A DNA stretch of 64,000 bases, from assembly GCA_965248435.1 (NCBI GenBank), contig OZ252100.1:256001-320000 (forward strand), in the 5' to 3' direction. Positions 30,926-41,929 of the stretch are shown here, one piece after another. Every line of letters begins with the position of its first letter. Within the stretch, counting starts at the first letter, position 1. The position numbers were made by a program, and so were the translations under genes. A model generated the notes under the pieces. That model searched no databases and was not told the DNA's origin. It saw only the letters and a program-made list of their open reading frames with translations. The DNA comes from Candidatus Latescibacterota bacterium (GTDB taxonomy: Bacteria > Latescibacterota > UBA2968 > GCA-2709665).

Positions 30926-33798
30926 TACGAGGCCATACTGCCGCCCGCCTTCACGTCTTCCCACAGGATCTCGACAGGATGCCGCGCGAACCGCTCCGTG
31001 GCGTGCGCGATCTGCTGTCGGCAGGAAAAGCCCGGAGCCGCGATCTCAACCTCCGGTCCGGCCTCCCGGACAGCCTTCAGGAGCCGATCTTCACCTACCT
31101 TCAGTGAGACCTCGTACTTTTCGGCCTCGTAGCCGAACGCACCGGCCATACCACAGCATCCCGAGTCGATCGCACTTGCTGTATAACCCTGAGGGATGGC
31201 GAGCGCCGCCAGCGTAGATTCAATCCCCCATAGGGCCTTCTGGTGGCAATGGCCGTGCACGAGGATCTCCTTCCTGGTCTCGGAAAATGGCAGCTGAAGT
31301 TTCCCGCCTTCGTTTAGCAGATTCAAATACTCCTCAGCGGTGTAAGTGTTTTCAGAAATCGCTCGGGCTCTGGGATCCTGTGTCAGATCCAGGTAATCGT
31401 CCTTCAGCATCGAGACACAGCTGGGTTCGATGCCAACGATCGGATAGCCCATCCGAGTCAGATCATAGAGGCTCGCGACATTGAAATCCACGTGTGTCTT
31501 CACCTCTTCAACCATTCCGCTGGAGAGCATCGGCCTTCCACAGCAAACTTTCGAAGGAAGCAGGACCTCGTGTCCCGCCGTTTCAAACAACCTCGTGGCC
31601 GCAACGCCGATCTCGGGATGGTTGTAGGTCATATACGTGTCGTGGAACAGGACGACTTTGCGCTCACTTTTCAAGCCTTTGTGCCTTGCGAACCAATCCG
31701 TGAAGGGTTCTCTGGCAAACGGAGGCAGAGACCGCTTCGGGGCAATCCCAAGCTCCTTGAGCACCAGGCGACTCACGCTGCTGGAAGACAGTCTGTTCGC
31801 AAGCGGCGCGAACGAACAGCCAATCTTGTTGACCAGTTCGATATTCCCGAAAAGCCACGACCGCAAGGGCCTCCCGTGCGCCTTGTAATAATGAGAAAGG
31901 AACTCGTACTTGATCTTGGCCATGTCCACGTTCGACGGGCATTCTGCCTTACAGGCCTTGCACTCGAGACAGAGGCCCAGAACCTCGTAGAGCCTTTTGT
32001 CTGTGAGGCCTCCCTCCCATTTCCCTGAGATAGCCGCCCTGAGGGCGTTCGCCCTTCCCCTGGTAGAGTGTTCCTCCTCGAGCGTGGCCATGTAGGAGGG
32101 GCACATCGTGCCACTCAGCTTCTTCCTGCACTCACCCACCCCATTGCACATTTCTACTGCCCGGTGAAATCCTCCGTCTGCCGAAAAATCGAAGTGAGTT
32201 TCGAACTCCTGAGCGCTATAGTGGGGTCCGTACCTGAGATTCTGGGTCATCATCTGAGCATCGACGATCTTCCCCGGGTTCATCAACCCCCGAGGGTCGA
32301 AGGCACGTTTCACTTCTCGGAATGCTTCGTAAAGCTTGCTCCCGAAGATCTGCTCATTCCAACAACTGCGAACCAGACCGTCACCGTGTTCTCCACTCAT
32401 CGCGCCCCCGTATTTCAAGGCAAGCTCCATGGTCCGCTCGGCGATGGTCCTCATCCTTCGGATATCTTGCTCCCTCTTCAGGTTGATCATGGGGCGAACG
32501 TGGAGCAACCCCACGCTTGCGTGCGCGTAATAGCCCGCCGTTGTCCCGTTCGAAGTGATGACCTCGTGCAGCTCCGCGATGTAATCGTGCAGCGCCTCCG
32601 TCGGAACTGCTGCATCCTCGATAAAGGCGATCGGCTTCTTGTCTCCCTTGACCCCCATCAGCAGGCCTAAGCCTGCCTTACGCACGTTCCACACATTGTC
32701 CTGATCCTCCTGAGCTACGGCCCGCGTGAATGCGTAACCCAGGCCTTTACGTTTGAGGCTCTCTTCCAGCTCAGCCAATTTCGGAACCAATTCATCCTGG
32801 GTTTCTCCGAAATATTCCACGGCGAGCGCAGCACCGGGATCTCCCTCGATCCAGCCTCTCTGCCTGGCAAGGGATAGGGACCCCTTCGTCTGGTCCATGA
32901 TCATTTTGTCCATCAGCTCCAAGGCCGCAGGACCGGTCTCCAGGATTGGAACGACCGCTTTCATCGCCTCGAGCAAATCATGGAACTGGGCGACGCCCAG
33001 GACTTTGGCCTTCGGGAGAGGAACCAGGTGCAGTTTAGCACCCACGATCGTGGCCAGGGTCCCCTCCGACCCAACGACCATCCTGCACATGTTGAACGGC
33101 TCACCTTTGGTAAATTCGTCCAGGTTGTATCCGCCGACACGGCGAAGCACTTTCGGATAGCGCCGCCCTATCTCTTCGCGGTGAACCGCGGCCAGGCGAA
33201 CAACCTCTCGGTAGCATTGACCTTCCAGGTCTTTTTGGTCCATCTTTCGGTGAAGTCCATCCTCGTTCAGTTCGCAAAAAGTGACCTCAGAACCATCTGC
33301 CAGAATGACCTGTAGCTCAGAGACGTGGTCGATCGTCTTCCCATAAACAATCGAATGCGCCCCTGAGGAATTGTTCGAAATCATTCCCCCGATATTGGCG
33401 CGATTGCTCGTGGCCACGTCGGGCGCGAACTGGAGACCGTGGGGTCTCAGGTAGGCGTTGAGCTCGTCCAGCACCACACCCGGTTCGACCCTCACCCAGC
33501 ACTCATCCGTATTTAGCTCAAGGACTCTGTTCACGTGCTTGGAAAAGTCTAGAATCAAGGCCTTGCCGATCGACTGCCCGGCAAGCGCAGTCCCCCCGCC
33601 TCGAGGAAGGATGGGTACGCCATAGTCGCTCGCAATGCGCACCACCTTCTTCACATCCGCCCTGTGCTTTGGAATCACGACGCCCAGAGGCTCAATCTGG
33701 TATATGCTTGCGTCTGTACTGTATAGCAGACGTGAAACCCTGTCGAACCTGACTTCGCCCTCAATCGAGCCTTTCAGGGCATTGACCAAATCTTCCAA
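30925..33798 (-). CDS. FAD-linked/4Fe-4S oxidoreductase (GlcD-GlcF fusion, YdiJ-like 2-hydroxyacid dehydrogenase)
   Basis: YSTDAS, RGGGT, GEHGDG, CNGVGEC, CLECKACKAECP, CCG domains. Confidence 0.9.
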   Translation of the reverse strand: MEDLVNALKGSIEGEVRFDRVSRLLYSTDASIYQIEPLGVVIPKHRADVKKVVRIASDYGVPILPRGGGTALAGQSIGKALILDFSKHVNRVLELNTDECWVRVEPGVVLDELNAYLRPHGLQFAPDVATSNRANIGGMISNNSSGAHSIVYGKTIDHVSELQVILADGSEVTFCELNEDGLHRKMDQKDLEGQCYREVVRLAAVHREEIGRRYPKVLRRVGGYNLDEFTKGEPFNMCRMVVGSEGTLATIVGAKLHLVPLPKAKVLGVAQFHDLLEAMKAVVPILETGPAALELMDKMIMDQTKGSLSLARQRGWIEGDPGAALAVEYFGETQDELVPKLAELEESLKRKGLGYAFTRAVAQEDQDNVWNVRKAGLGLLMGVKGDKKPIAFIEDAAVPTEALHDYIAELHEVITSNGTTAGYYAHASVGLLHVRPMINLKREQDIRRMRTIAERTMELALKYGGAMSGEHGDGLVRSCWNEQIFGSKLYEAFREVKRAFDPRGLMNPGKIVDAQMMTQNLRYGPHYSAQEFETHFDFSADGGFHRAVEMCNGVGECRKKLSGTMCPSYMATLEEEHSTRGRANALRAAISGKWEGGLTDKRLYEVLGLCLECKACKAECPSNVDMAKIKYEFLSHYYKAHGRPLRSWLFGNIELVNKIGCSFAPLANRLSSSSVSRLVLKELGIAPKRSLPPFAREPFTDWFARHKGLKSERKVVLFHDTYMTYNHPEIGVAATRLFETAGHEVLLPSKVCCGRPMLSSGMVEEVKTHVDFNVASLYDLTRMGYPIVGIEPSCVSMLKDDYLDLTQDPRARAISENTYTAEEYLNLLNEGGKLQLPFSETRKEILVHGHCHQKALWGIESTLAALAIPQGYTASAIDSGCCGMAGAFGYEAEKYEVSLKVGEDRLLKAVREAGPEVEIAAPGFSCRQQIAHATERFARHPVEILWEDVKAGGSMAS

Positions 33799-33839
33799 AT
33801 GAAACCTCTTCGAAAAGCTACCGGTTCACGGCTTCAGGG

Positions 33840-34646
33840 TTATCCTTCCCCCCGCTTCCGATGCCGATTCTTGATATCGGCGGGTTTCGCGGCGGGCCAC
33901 GTTTCGTTCCGGAACCCTTCCGGCCGGGGCTTGTCCTTTTGGCCCTTAGCGTCTCCCGGCTTCACCCGCTTAAACGAACTCTTACGGAAGGCATCTTCAC
34001 TTCCTTCGGAACTTGGACGCTTTTGTGCAGGGCTGGGTCTACTTTGTGCGCGATACTTTGTTGTCTGATTCGGGCGCTTGGAACGCTTCTCGTCTGCGCC
34101 GGGTTCGCCTTCCGTGCGGTCTGCCTTGGGCCACGCTACAGGGCGGACTTCGTTTCGGGCGGCATCCTCTTCTTTTCGCTCGACCCTGGGCCACTCGACG
34201 GCTTGTGGTTTCTTCGCTTCACCCTCACCATCCTTCCCGACATGGGGCCAGGCTACAGACTGCACGCTTCCCTCGGTCCTTTCCAGAACTCTTTTCACGA
34301 TCTCAATCAACTCGTCCGCCGTCGCAGGAAGATCGACTCTTCCGGCGATCCCCTGGATTTCAATGCGTTTTTGGGTGAGATCTCCCAGTTCACCCGATGT
34401 ATGGACCACGATAGGAACGGATACCGTCTCTGCCCTTCCTCGAAGCGTACGGGATAACGCAAAATCTTCCTCGATGAACATCAAGGCATTGATCATGATG
34501 AGGTCGGGACGCTCCGTGTACGCCGCTCGGATACCTTCGGCCCGAGTCTCGGTCAGAATCACCGAGTGGGGGGTCCGATGCCGGAGGAGTCCGCAGAGTG
34601 CGCGGTGTTGCTCTGGATTGCCGTCGATCAAGAGAATCTTTGCCAT
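33840..34646 (-). CDS. Pseudo-receiver protein with disordered repeat tail
   Basis: Receiver-like fold (ILLIDG, RPDLIMIN) lacking the phospho-Asp; charged tail. Confidence 0.7.
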   Translation of the reverse strand: MAKILLIDGNPEQHRALCGLLRHRTPHSVILTETRAEGIRAAYTERPDLIMINALMFIEEDFALSRTLRGRAETVSVPIVVHTSGELGDLTQKRIEIQGIAGRVDLPATADELIEIVKRVLERTEGSVQSVAWPHVGKDGEGEAKKPQAVEWPRVERKEEDAARNEVRPVAWPKADRTEGEPGADEKRSKRPNQTTKYRAQSRPSPAQKRPSSEGSEDAFRKSSFKRVKPGDAKGQKDKPRPEGFRNETWPAAKPADIKNRHRKRGEG

Positions 34647-34649
34647 GTT

Positions 34650-35573
34650 CTAACGTTCACGATCCTCTGCAACCTGCTCTCTCAGAATCAATGTCAGCCT
34701 TGTGCGTGCGATCTTTTTTATGTCCTCGTCTTGATCGAATGAAAGCTGCTTGAGGGCTTCCATCGTCACGCTCGGATTCTCTACGACAGCCCTTCGAACG
34801 GCCACCTCTTTATCGGACGCAAGGCGGATCAACCCTGGAGATGGCATAGAATTGTGCTCCGCTGCCGCCTTCCGCACCGCTACGACAGGGTCAAAGATGA
34901 GTCCAACAAGTACTGCGGGGGAAGTGCCCGAATTTCTTGCCGCCTCTACTCGAAAACTATCATCCTCGCTCACTGAGAACCCTTCCATAACCCGCAGCGG
35001 GGTGTGTGCGTTTTTTGCGACTGACAAGCGAACGCTTCGTTCATCGTCTCTGGACAGGATGTCCAGGATGAGCGGATCTGTGTTGGGGTTCAGGGAGACT
35101 TTTCGCCTCACTGAAATGGACTCGTCGCCGGCGAGATTTCGGAGCACCACCGGAGATACTTTCGGGTTGCTTGCCAGCCCCACCCTGACGATCTCTGCGT
35201 AGTCGGTTGCCAGGGCGAACATCGCGTCGTCCGGGATCTTATCGTTCAGGGCCACGGCCCATCGAACGGTTTGGTTCGGATCCTGCGAAAGCCTCAGGAG
35301 CGCGGAATCCGGCGTGGATGGATTAAAGCCGACATAGAAACGGACGCCGGAGTCTTCGTCCATCGATAGCCTCGCGAGAATCCTGGGGTTTCTGGTCCGC
35401 TTCGCCCGCAACTTCTGCTCCTTGTTCAGTTTCTGCGACTTCTGCATCAGCTGCAAAAACTCTGCATCGTCGACTTCAAGGGTATCAAAGTCTCTTTGAG
35501 CGAATACGATGTGATGTCCGAGAAAGATGAGGGCACACACAAACATCATCGTGCGAAACCGGGTCAATTTCAT
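34650..35573 (-). CDS. Secreted LRV/HEAT-repeat protein
   Basis: Signal peptide and repeated LxxD...VR..VA.NP.T units. Confidence 0.8.
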   Translation of the reverse strand: MKLTRFRTMMFVCALIFLGHHIVFAQRDFDTLEVDDAEFLQLMQKSQKLNKEQKLRAKRTRNPRILARLSMDEDSGVRFYVGFNPSTPDSALLRLSQDPNQTVRWAVALNDKIPDDAMFALATDYAEIVRVGLASNPKVSPVVLRNLAGDESISVRRKVSLNPNTDPLILDILSRDDERSVRLSVAKNAHTPLRVMEGFSVSEDDSFRVEAARNSGTSPAVLVGLIFDPVVAVRKAAAEHNSMPSPGLIRLASDKEVAVRRAVVENPSVTMEALKQLSFDQDEDIKKIARTRLTLILREQVAEDRER

Positions 35574-35592
35574 CCTCGCTTTAGAAAAATTA

Positions 35593-36615
35593 TTATCGAG
35601 ACAAGCTCTGTGCGCTTACGTCTTCAAACCTGATCGTTTCATACCCGACCTCACAGGGGTGTCCGGGAGCGACCTTCAAAATTCTTTTGTCGGGTCGGCA
35701 GATCGTTGACCAGATCGTACCCCAGCCTTCACGCCTCCCGATCTCATCGGGATTCCCTCCGTGAATTCCAGCGCAAATCGTGCAGTGATGGTCCGACAAA
35801 ATTTCTTCGGCGAGGGTTTCGTCAACCTCTCCAATACGTTCCCGGAGTATGCCTTCTGTGTGTTCGTATCGGATCCTGGAGTGTCTTGAGCGCTCAGAAA
35901 CATCTTCCTCGCCAAGCATGTGATTGGTCGAGATCAGAACTCCGTTCTCCGGCCTTCGCACCTTTACGTTTCCGGGCTCGGCCTCGACGACAACTGCCCG
36001 CCCGTTGCTGTCGGTGATCAGGTAGGCCATCGAACGAAGGTGATACACAGACGTCAGAATTTGTTCTGCCTCTTCCACGCTACTGCAAGTTTCAGCGATT
36101 GTGTCGACCAGTAGATTCCACTGCAGGCCCGGTTCAGCGGGCTCTCGACGGGGCAGGGACGAGATGATGACACACAGGCCATTCTCGTTGAGGCAGTCCG
36201 GATGGCCTGCCCAATGGTGCGTATATGAAATGAAAGGCGTTACGCCCTCTGAATGAACGTGTCTGAGCTCGCACCATTTCAGGTCGGAGTAGACCCAGTC
36301 GTAGTTTCTACCCACAATAACAGCACGGTTTCGAGTAGCGGGGGGAAGTGCGGAAAACCCCGTACACCCACGAAGTACGCCTTCTCGTCGAGCGAAAAAG
36401 TAGAATGTAAATCTCCCCCTGTCGAACCCGCCGCCCTTTATCATCCCTTCATAAGATTCAACGAGGGGGGCGTACAACTTTTTCGCTTCCCGCAGACATT
36501 CCAGCGCGTAGGCACTGTCCCGTTTGGTAGCCGTCGGCATTGGAAGTTCGCCGATCTCACGTCCTCGCTTCAGCCCAATCTCGTAGTGGGTTCCCTTATA
36601 GCTGTTTATCTTCAA
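35593..36615 (-). CDS. Peptidase C45 / AAT-family Ntn hydrolase (start approximate)
   Basis: GTHYEIG, GCT nucleophile, GRNYDW, LNENGL, STNH. Confidence 0.85.
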   Translation of the reverse strand: MKINSYKGTHYEIGLKRGREIGELPMPTATKRDSAYALECLREAKKLYAPLVESYEGMIKGGGFDRGRFTFYFFARREGVLRGCTGFSALPPATRNRAVIVGRNYDWVYSDLKWCELRHVHSEGVTPFISYTHHWAGHPDCLNENGLCVIISSLPRREPAEPGLQWNLLVDTIAETCSSVEEAEQILTSVYHLRSMAYLITDSNGRAVVVEAEPGNVKVRRPENGVLISTNHMLGEEDVSERSRHSRIRYEHTEGILRERIGEVDETLAEEILSDHHCTICAGIHGGNPDEIGRREGWGTIWSTICRPDKRILKVAPGHPCEVGYETIRFEDVSAQSLSR

Positions 36616-36870
36616 AATGGGCCTGGATAAAGAAACCTTGAACTGGGACCTGTGCCGGAAAATCGGAGAAACTGTTGGACAAATGTAAACCATCGCCGAG
36701 TGCAGGTCAAGGTCGCGAGACATTGTGAAAGACATACAGCATCTCCACCAGTTTCGGCATCAAAGCGCTTGACTCCATTCCAACTAATCCCTAATGTTTT
36801 TGGTACGCATGGACACGAGGAATTTCTGCGCCGATTCTTCGATTTATCCGATACATTCAACGGACATCCG

Positions 36871-37242
36871 ATGGCTGAAGATGTGTTCCAGATTCTGGTC
36901 GTTGATGACGATCCCGACATGAGGGAAATGCTGCAGTTATTGGTCACAAACATGGGCTACAATGCATTAGAGGCAGGGAAGGCCAAGGATGCGCTACAAT
37001 TCATCGAAAGAGGAAAAGCTGACCTTGTCCTGTTAGACCTGAACATGCCGGGAGCCAGCGGCATGGATCTGCTTACCGTTCTGCAGCGCCGAAGGTTGGA
37101 GGTGCCCATCATCATCGTCTCGGCCTACGTTTCCCAGGACATCGCAGGCCAGTTGGCGGAAAAAGGCGTGAAGGGCATCGTCGCAAAGCCTTTCAAGAAG
37201 GATCGAATCGAAGGAGAGATCCGACGCGTGCTCGGCCAGTAG
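36871..37242 (+). CDS. Stand-alone receiver
   Basis: ILVVDDD, LLDLNMP, VSA, AKPF. Confidence 0.88.
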   Translation: MAEDVFQILVVDDDPDMREMLQLLVTNMGYNALEAGKAKDALQFIERGKADLVLLDLNMPGASGMDLLTVLQRRRLEVPIIIVSAYVSQDIAGQLAEKGVKGIVAKPFKKDRIEGEIRRVLGQ

Positions 37243-37290
37243 AGGGCACGCAGTCGACCGAACCTACGTGAACACGCTTGGGAAGGTCTG

Positions 37291-39741
37291 ATGTCAGCAA
37301 TCCCGTTCTTCAAAAAGCGGCGGAGCATCATTTCCGCCGCCGTTTTTTTCCTGGTCGTCGGCTCTGCTGTCTACTGGATTACGAGGGCAGGCGGCCGCAA
37401 GGCTGGTGCTGAACCCATCCACCAGGCTGAAGCTCTGAAGAATCGCGACGGGTCGCGAAAGTATGCGAACCATCTGGTTCACGAGACGAGCCCCTACCTG
37501 CTCCTTCACGCGCACAATCCAGTAGACTGGTATCCGTGGGGTCCGGAGGCACTCGAGCGGGCGAAGAAGGAAGACAAACCGATCTTCCTCTCTGTGGGTT
37601 ATTCCACTTGTTACTGGTGTCACGTCATGGAACGTCTCGTGTTCTCCAACGCCGAAATCGCCGACTTGATGAATCGATGGTTTATCAATATCAAGGTCGA
37701 CCGGGAAGAACGTCCCGATCTGGATGAGGTTTATATGACGGCCACTCAGATCTTTACGGGCCACGGAGGCTGGCCCAATTCGGTCTTCCTTACGCCAGAT
37801 CTCAAACCCTTTTTCGCGGGAACGTATTTCCCGCCTGAAGAAGATGAGAAGTTTGGGCGGCCCAGCTTCCCCAGAGTGCTTCAGGCCATGCACGATATGT
37901 GGGAGACGAGGAGGCAGGAAGTCGAACAGCAGTCCGAAAAGGTAATCCAGATCATCGAACGCCTGCAGGAGACGCGGGACGCCGACGCGGACTCCGTCTC
38001 TCTAGATCGGAACATTCTCGAGAACGCATTGGCCCAGCTATACGATACCTACGATTCCGAGCACGGCGGCTTCGGTGGCGCACCAAAGTTCCCGTCAGAT
38101 CAGGCTATCATCTTTCTTTTGGACGAGTACGAGCGCGCCGGCGAGTCAAAGCCGCTCGAAACCGCTCGGCACACGCTGCAAGAAATGCAAATGGGTGGCA
38201 TACACGATCACCTGGGAGGTGGATTCCATAGATATGCGACCGACGGACTCTGGCGCGTGCCCCATTTCGAGAAGATGCTATACAATCAGGCACTCCTCGC
38301 GAAGGCCTACCTGAAAGGATACAAACTCACGAATGAGGAGGATTTCAGGCGATCAGCCGAGGGCATCTTTCACTTCGTAAACCGGGTCATGACATCGCCT
38401 GAGGGTGGATTCTATTCCGCATTGGACTCCGAGACCGAAGGCGTGGAGGGCGAGTACTATCTCTGGACGGAGGACGAAATCAGGCAGGTGCTCGGAAATG
38501 ATTCGGATCTCTTTCTCAATGCTTATGGGCTCGCGCCGATGCCTGAAGGGTCTAAAGGGGTCCTCTACATGCCGCAGCCTTTGGAGGTCAGCGCGAAGAC
38601 TGCGGGCATGGAGGTGAACGACCTCATTGAAAAACTTGCGCGATTCAAACAGAGGCTCCTCGAATCGAGACAGGCGCGCCCGTCTCCCCTCCTCGATACG
38701 AAGATCGTCACGGCGTGGAATGGCATGATGATCGACGCGTATGCCTACGGCTACGAAGTCCTCGGGAAGTCGGAGTATCTGCGGTCTGCGCACCGTGCAG
38801 CCGAGTTCATTCTGAATCACCTGAAGGGCAAGGACGGAACCTTGATGCGCACCTACCGCATAGGAAGGGCAAACTACGAGGCCTATCAGGAGGATTACGC
38901 CTTCCTGGCCCAGGGTCTACTGGCCATACATCGGGCAACGGGCGAAGAAAGATACCTTCAGCTGGCAAAGGACGTTGCCGATGAGATGCAGGATCGGTTC
39001 TGGGATCCAAACGGGGGTGGGTTTTATTTTACACAGGACCCAGACCAGCTGATTGTCCGGATCAAGAACCCGACCGATTCGGCGATCCCCTCGGGCAACT
39101 CCGAGGGGGTGAACCTCCTTCTAGACCTGGCCGATCTGACCGGCGAGCAGGCTTACCGGGAGAGGGCGGAGCGCACGCTGTCCGCCTTTGCGGGTCGGCT
39201 GAAGGAGAGTCCGAGATTCTTCAACCGGATGCTTCAGGGGCTGGCGCTCTACCTGGAACACGCAACGCCTCAGATCGCATCGGCGCAAACCAGAAATCTG
39301 AGGTCGCCCTCTCTCCCGAAGGTCTCAGAGGGTCACGTCAAAGGGGTCGCTCGGCTCAGCACAGACCGTCCCGCAGCGGGCGAGCCGTTCGAGGCCATCG
39401 TAACGATTCAGGTCGCCGCGGGATGGCACATCAACGCGAACCCTGCCTCACTGGAATTCCTCGTACCGACCGAACTTAGTTTCAAGTCAGACGTGGCGTT
39501 GGATGTCATCTCGATCGAATACCCGACCGGAGCCGAGATTGATCTGGGATTCGCAGATCAGCCACTTCTCGTATATGATGGCAGGGTCAAACTCCGGGCT
39601 ACGCTCAAACTGCGTCCGGGGGTAGCGCCAGGCACTCGCGGACAGATGACTCTTACCGTTGAATATCAAGCCTGCGATGACGCTCGCTGTCTGCCCCCCT
39701 CCTCACTGAAGCTCCCCCTAGAGTTCACTGTTTCGTCGTAG
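37291..39741 (+). CDS. YyaL/SSP411 (DUF255) thioredoxin-glycosidase-fold protein with C-terminal DsbD-N-like domain
   Basis: [30 protein letters not shown]; [20 protein letters not shown]. Confidence 0.9.
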   Translation: MSAIPFFKKRRSIISAAVFFLVVGSAVYWITRAGGRKAGAEPIHQAEALKNRDGSRKYANHLVHETSPYLLLHAHNPVDWYPWGPEALERAKKEDKPIFLSVGYSTCYWCHVMERLVFSNAEIADLMNRWFINIKVDREERPDLDEVYMTATQIFTGHGGWPNSVFLTPDLKPFFAGTYFPPEEDEKFGRPSFPRVLQAMHDMWETRRQEVEQQSEKVIQIIERLQETRDADADSVSLDRNILENALAQLYDTYDSEHGGFGGAPKFPSDQAIIFLLDEYERAGESKPLETARHTLQEMQMGGIHDHLGGGFHRYATDGLWRVPHFEKMLYNQALLAKAYLKGYKLTNEEDFRRSAEGIFHFVNRVMTSPEGGFYSALDSETEGVEGEYYLWTEDEIRQVLGNDSDLFLNAYGLAPMPEGSKGVLYMPQPLEVSAKTAGMEVNDLIEKLARFKQRLLESRQARPSPLLDTKIVTAWNGMMIDAYAYGYEVLGKSEYLRSAHRAAEFILNHLKGKDGTLMRTYRIGRANYEAYQEDYAFLAQGLLAIHRATGEERYLQLAKDVADEMQDRFWDPNGGGFYFTQDPDQLIVRIKNPTDSAIPSGNSEGVNLLLDLADLTGEQAYRERAERTLSAFAGRLKESPRFFNRMLQGLALYLEHATPQIASAQTRNLRSPSLPKVSEGHVKGVARLSTDRPAAGEPFEAIVTIQVAAGWHINANPASLEFLVPTELSFKSDVALDVISIEYPTGAEIDLGFADQPLLVYDGRVKLRATLKLRPGVAPGTRGQMTLTVEYQACDDARCLPPSSLKLPLEFTVSS

Positions 39742-39910
39742 CCTGCGAGCCGCAGATTCCTTTTCCCCACCGACAGAAACGCCCACCACACAGCGATTTC
39801 TCTTGTGCTGTTAAAGATTCCACTGACTGTGTACCCAAGCCATCGCCTGCTCCAGCGCTTTCGCGCGATTAGAACTGATTTCTTGCCGATAAATTAGCTG
39901 GAGAAAAGAA

Positions 39911-40321
39911 ATGAAGCGAGTGCTCTTTGTCTGCACCGGCAATTCATGCCGCAGCCAGATGGCGGAAGGCCTGCTGAGGCATCTGGGCAATGAGCGATTC
40001 CAGGCCTTCAGCGCCGGGACGAATCCGTCAACCGTCCATCCCTTGGCCATCAAGGCGATGGATGAACTGGAGGTGGACATATCCGGACAGGCCTCCAAAG
40101 GCCTCGAGGTCTTCTCTGGAAAAGCGTTTGATAACGTCATCACCGTCTGCGACCTTGCCAGAGAAAGCTGTTCTGTCTTTCCCGGTGAAGGCCGCCAGCT
40201 TCACTGGAGTTTCGAGGACCCTGCGGAGGCTGGGGGCAGCGAAGAAGAACGGATGGATGTATTTCGCAGTGTTCGGGACCAGATTCGACAGCAAATTGAG
40301 AGATTTTTGACCGAGCCCTGA
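39911..40321 (+). CDS. arsC: Thioredoxin-dependent arsenate reductase (LMWP family)
   Basis: CTGNSCRSQMAEG, TVC..ESC, HWSFEDP. Confidence 0.9.
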   Translation: MKRVLFVCTGNSCRSQMAEGLLRHLGNERFQAFSAGTNPSTVHPLAIKAMDELEVDISGQASKGLEVFSGKAFDNVITVCDLARESCSVFPGEGRQLHWSFEDPAEAGGSEEERMDVFRSVRDQIRQQIERFLTEP

Positions 40322-40403
40322 GGCGTGATCGCTACCGGAAATGAATACAGCCTGCTGCAAAGTCTGCGGCAGGCTTTCCTTTGCATTACCATCTCATCGT
40401 TGT

Positions 40404-41050
40404 TCATGAAACCCTGGCGGTCATGAGCCCCCACAGCCAGTTGATTTTATACTTCTCAACGTGGATGTTCCTAAAATTGGCCGCCCTCAGAAGGTGTTCG
40501 AGCTCTCTTCTGCGATAGGTTTTGAAATGGGCCGCGTCGACGATCTTCAGAAACAGATCGCATACGCGGCAGGACAGGTAATCGTCGCACCAGTCCGTGA
40601 TCACGACTCTGCCTGTGGGCTTCAAGACCCTGATGATTTCGTTCAGACAGGTCTCCGGTTTCCGCCAGTAATGAAATGTATTGCAGGAAACAACGACATC
40701 GAAGCTTTGGGAGCGGAGCGGAAGGACCTGAGCCTGACCGGCAAGAAATTGGGCACGATTGCCCGATTTTTTACAAGCTACGCGCAGCATTTCACTGCTG
40801 ATGTCGACTCCCACCAAGCCGATAGAAGGATACTTGGCCAGGATAGCCTGGAACAGCGTGGCAGTTCCACACCCGATATCCAGTAGCCTATCAGAGTTTG
40901 TAAGTCCAATCGTTTTAGTGTCTCGCCGAGTGTCGCCTGAATGTAATATGACCAGCGCCGGTCATAACGAGATGCGACCCGGTCGTACTCACGCCTGATC
41001 GCGTCCTCGCTGTTTGATATGCGAACCATTTGCTTCTCGCCTGGCGCCAC
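40404..41050 (-). CDS. Class I SAM methyltransferase, 1-nt frameshift at 40897-40899
   Basis: Adding one A joins YDRRW..LDLQ to NSDRLLDIGCGT..VGVDIS..FDVVVS..RVLKPTG. Confidence 0.82.
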
Positions 41051-41137
41051 GACTCAAGCGCATCTTCCCCGATCCTATTACGGGAATGCCCGGCATGTCG
41101 ACTCAGCCCCAGAAAACTCCGTGCCCTTCATACTACT

Positions 41138-41165
41138 TTTATACCGATCTAAGAGCTTATGTCAA
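41138..41165 (-). promoter_or_regulatory. Sigma70 promoter for the methyltransferase
   Basis: TTGACA-N16-TATAAA. Confidence 0.55.
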
Positions 41166-41539
41166 GGTCCCCTCAGGCTCGAGCTGCATCGCAAACCACC
41201 TGTGGAGCGCGGTATGACGGCCGTAACGACTGACCAGGAGGTGAAGCAAAGGGCTGGAGCAATCCAGACGTAACCCTTGAGACTCTCAGGCAGGAGTTTC
41301 CGGAAGGATTAGATCAAAAGGACGTGTTGAGAAGATAGAGATGCGGCGAGCGAGGGAGGGAATACTGTCTGAGATGGAATGGCCACGATGAGCAGGAAAG
41401 TGAGGGATTTTTTGACCAAAGTGATCGATCTTTCCGAGGTTTAAGGGTAAAGAACCGCGCAATATCTTAAAACTTACTCATCTCGTGCAATGGAGTCAAT
41501 CTCATGCTTCGGATACCAGTCCGGGAGAGAAAAATACAG

Positions 41540-41917
41540 CTATGTTTCGAGCCAGCGGACAACAGGCAGGAGTCCATACGCGATAAATGCACCCGTCATG
41601 TAGATCACAAGCGACGCCCAGAACAGTAACTTTGTAAAGCGGCCTGCCACCTCACAACCCTTACCTCCTGTGATCGAACAGGCCATTCTACCATGAGGTC
41701 GGAGAGTCAGTATACCGCTTAAAAAGATGAGCAATCCGGCTGTGGGAAATAGCCAACCTTTGTTGCGGGAAAGGGGGATGAGCCAGGGAAGCGTCGTGAG
41801 GAGTGTTCCCAAGGCAGCGCCCCCGGCCACGCCCGCAATGGCAGCCGGCAGGGCACAGCACAGGAGCGTGCCTGTCGAAGTAAACAGCCCGAGAAGGTTG
41901 GCCACCTGCTGTTTCAT
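41540..41917 (-). CDS. MerT/MerC-like membrane metal transporter
   Basis: LLCCALPA in the first TM, loop C-x7-C, 3-4 TMs. Confidence 0.8.
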   Translation of the reverse strand: MKQQVANLLGLFTSTGTLLCCALPAAIAGVAGGAALGTLLTTLPWLIPLSRNKGWLFPTAGLLIFLSGILTLRPHGRMACSITGGKGCEVAGRFTKLLFWASLVIYMTGAFIAYGLLPVVRWLET

Positions 41918-41929
41918 TTCACGGTGCCT

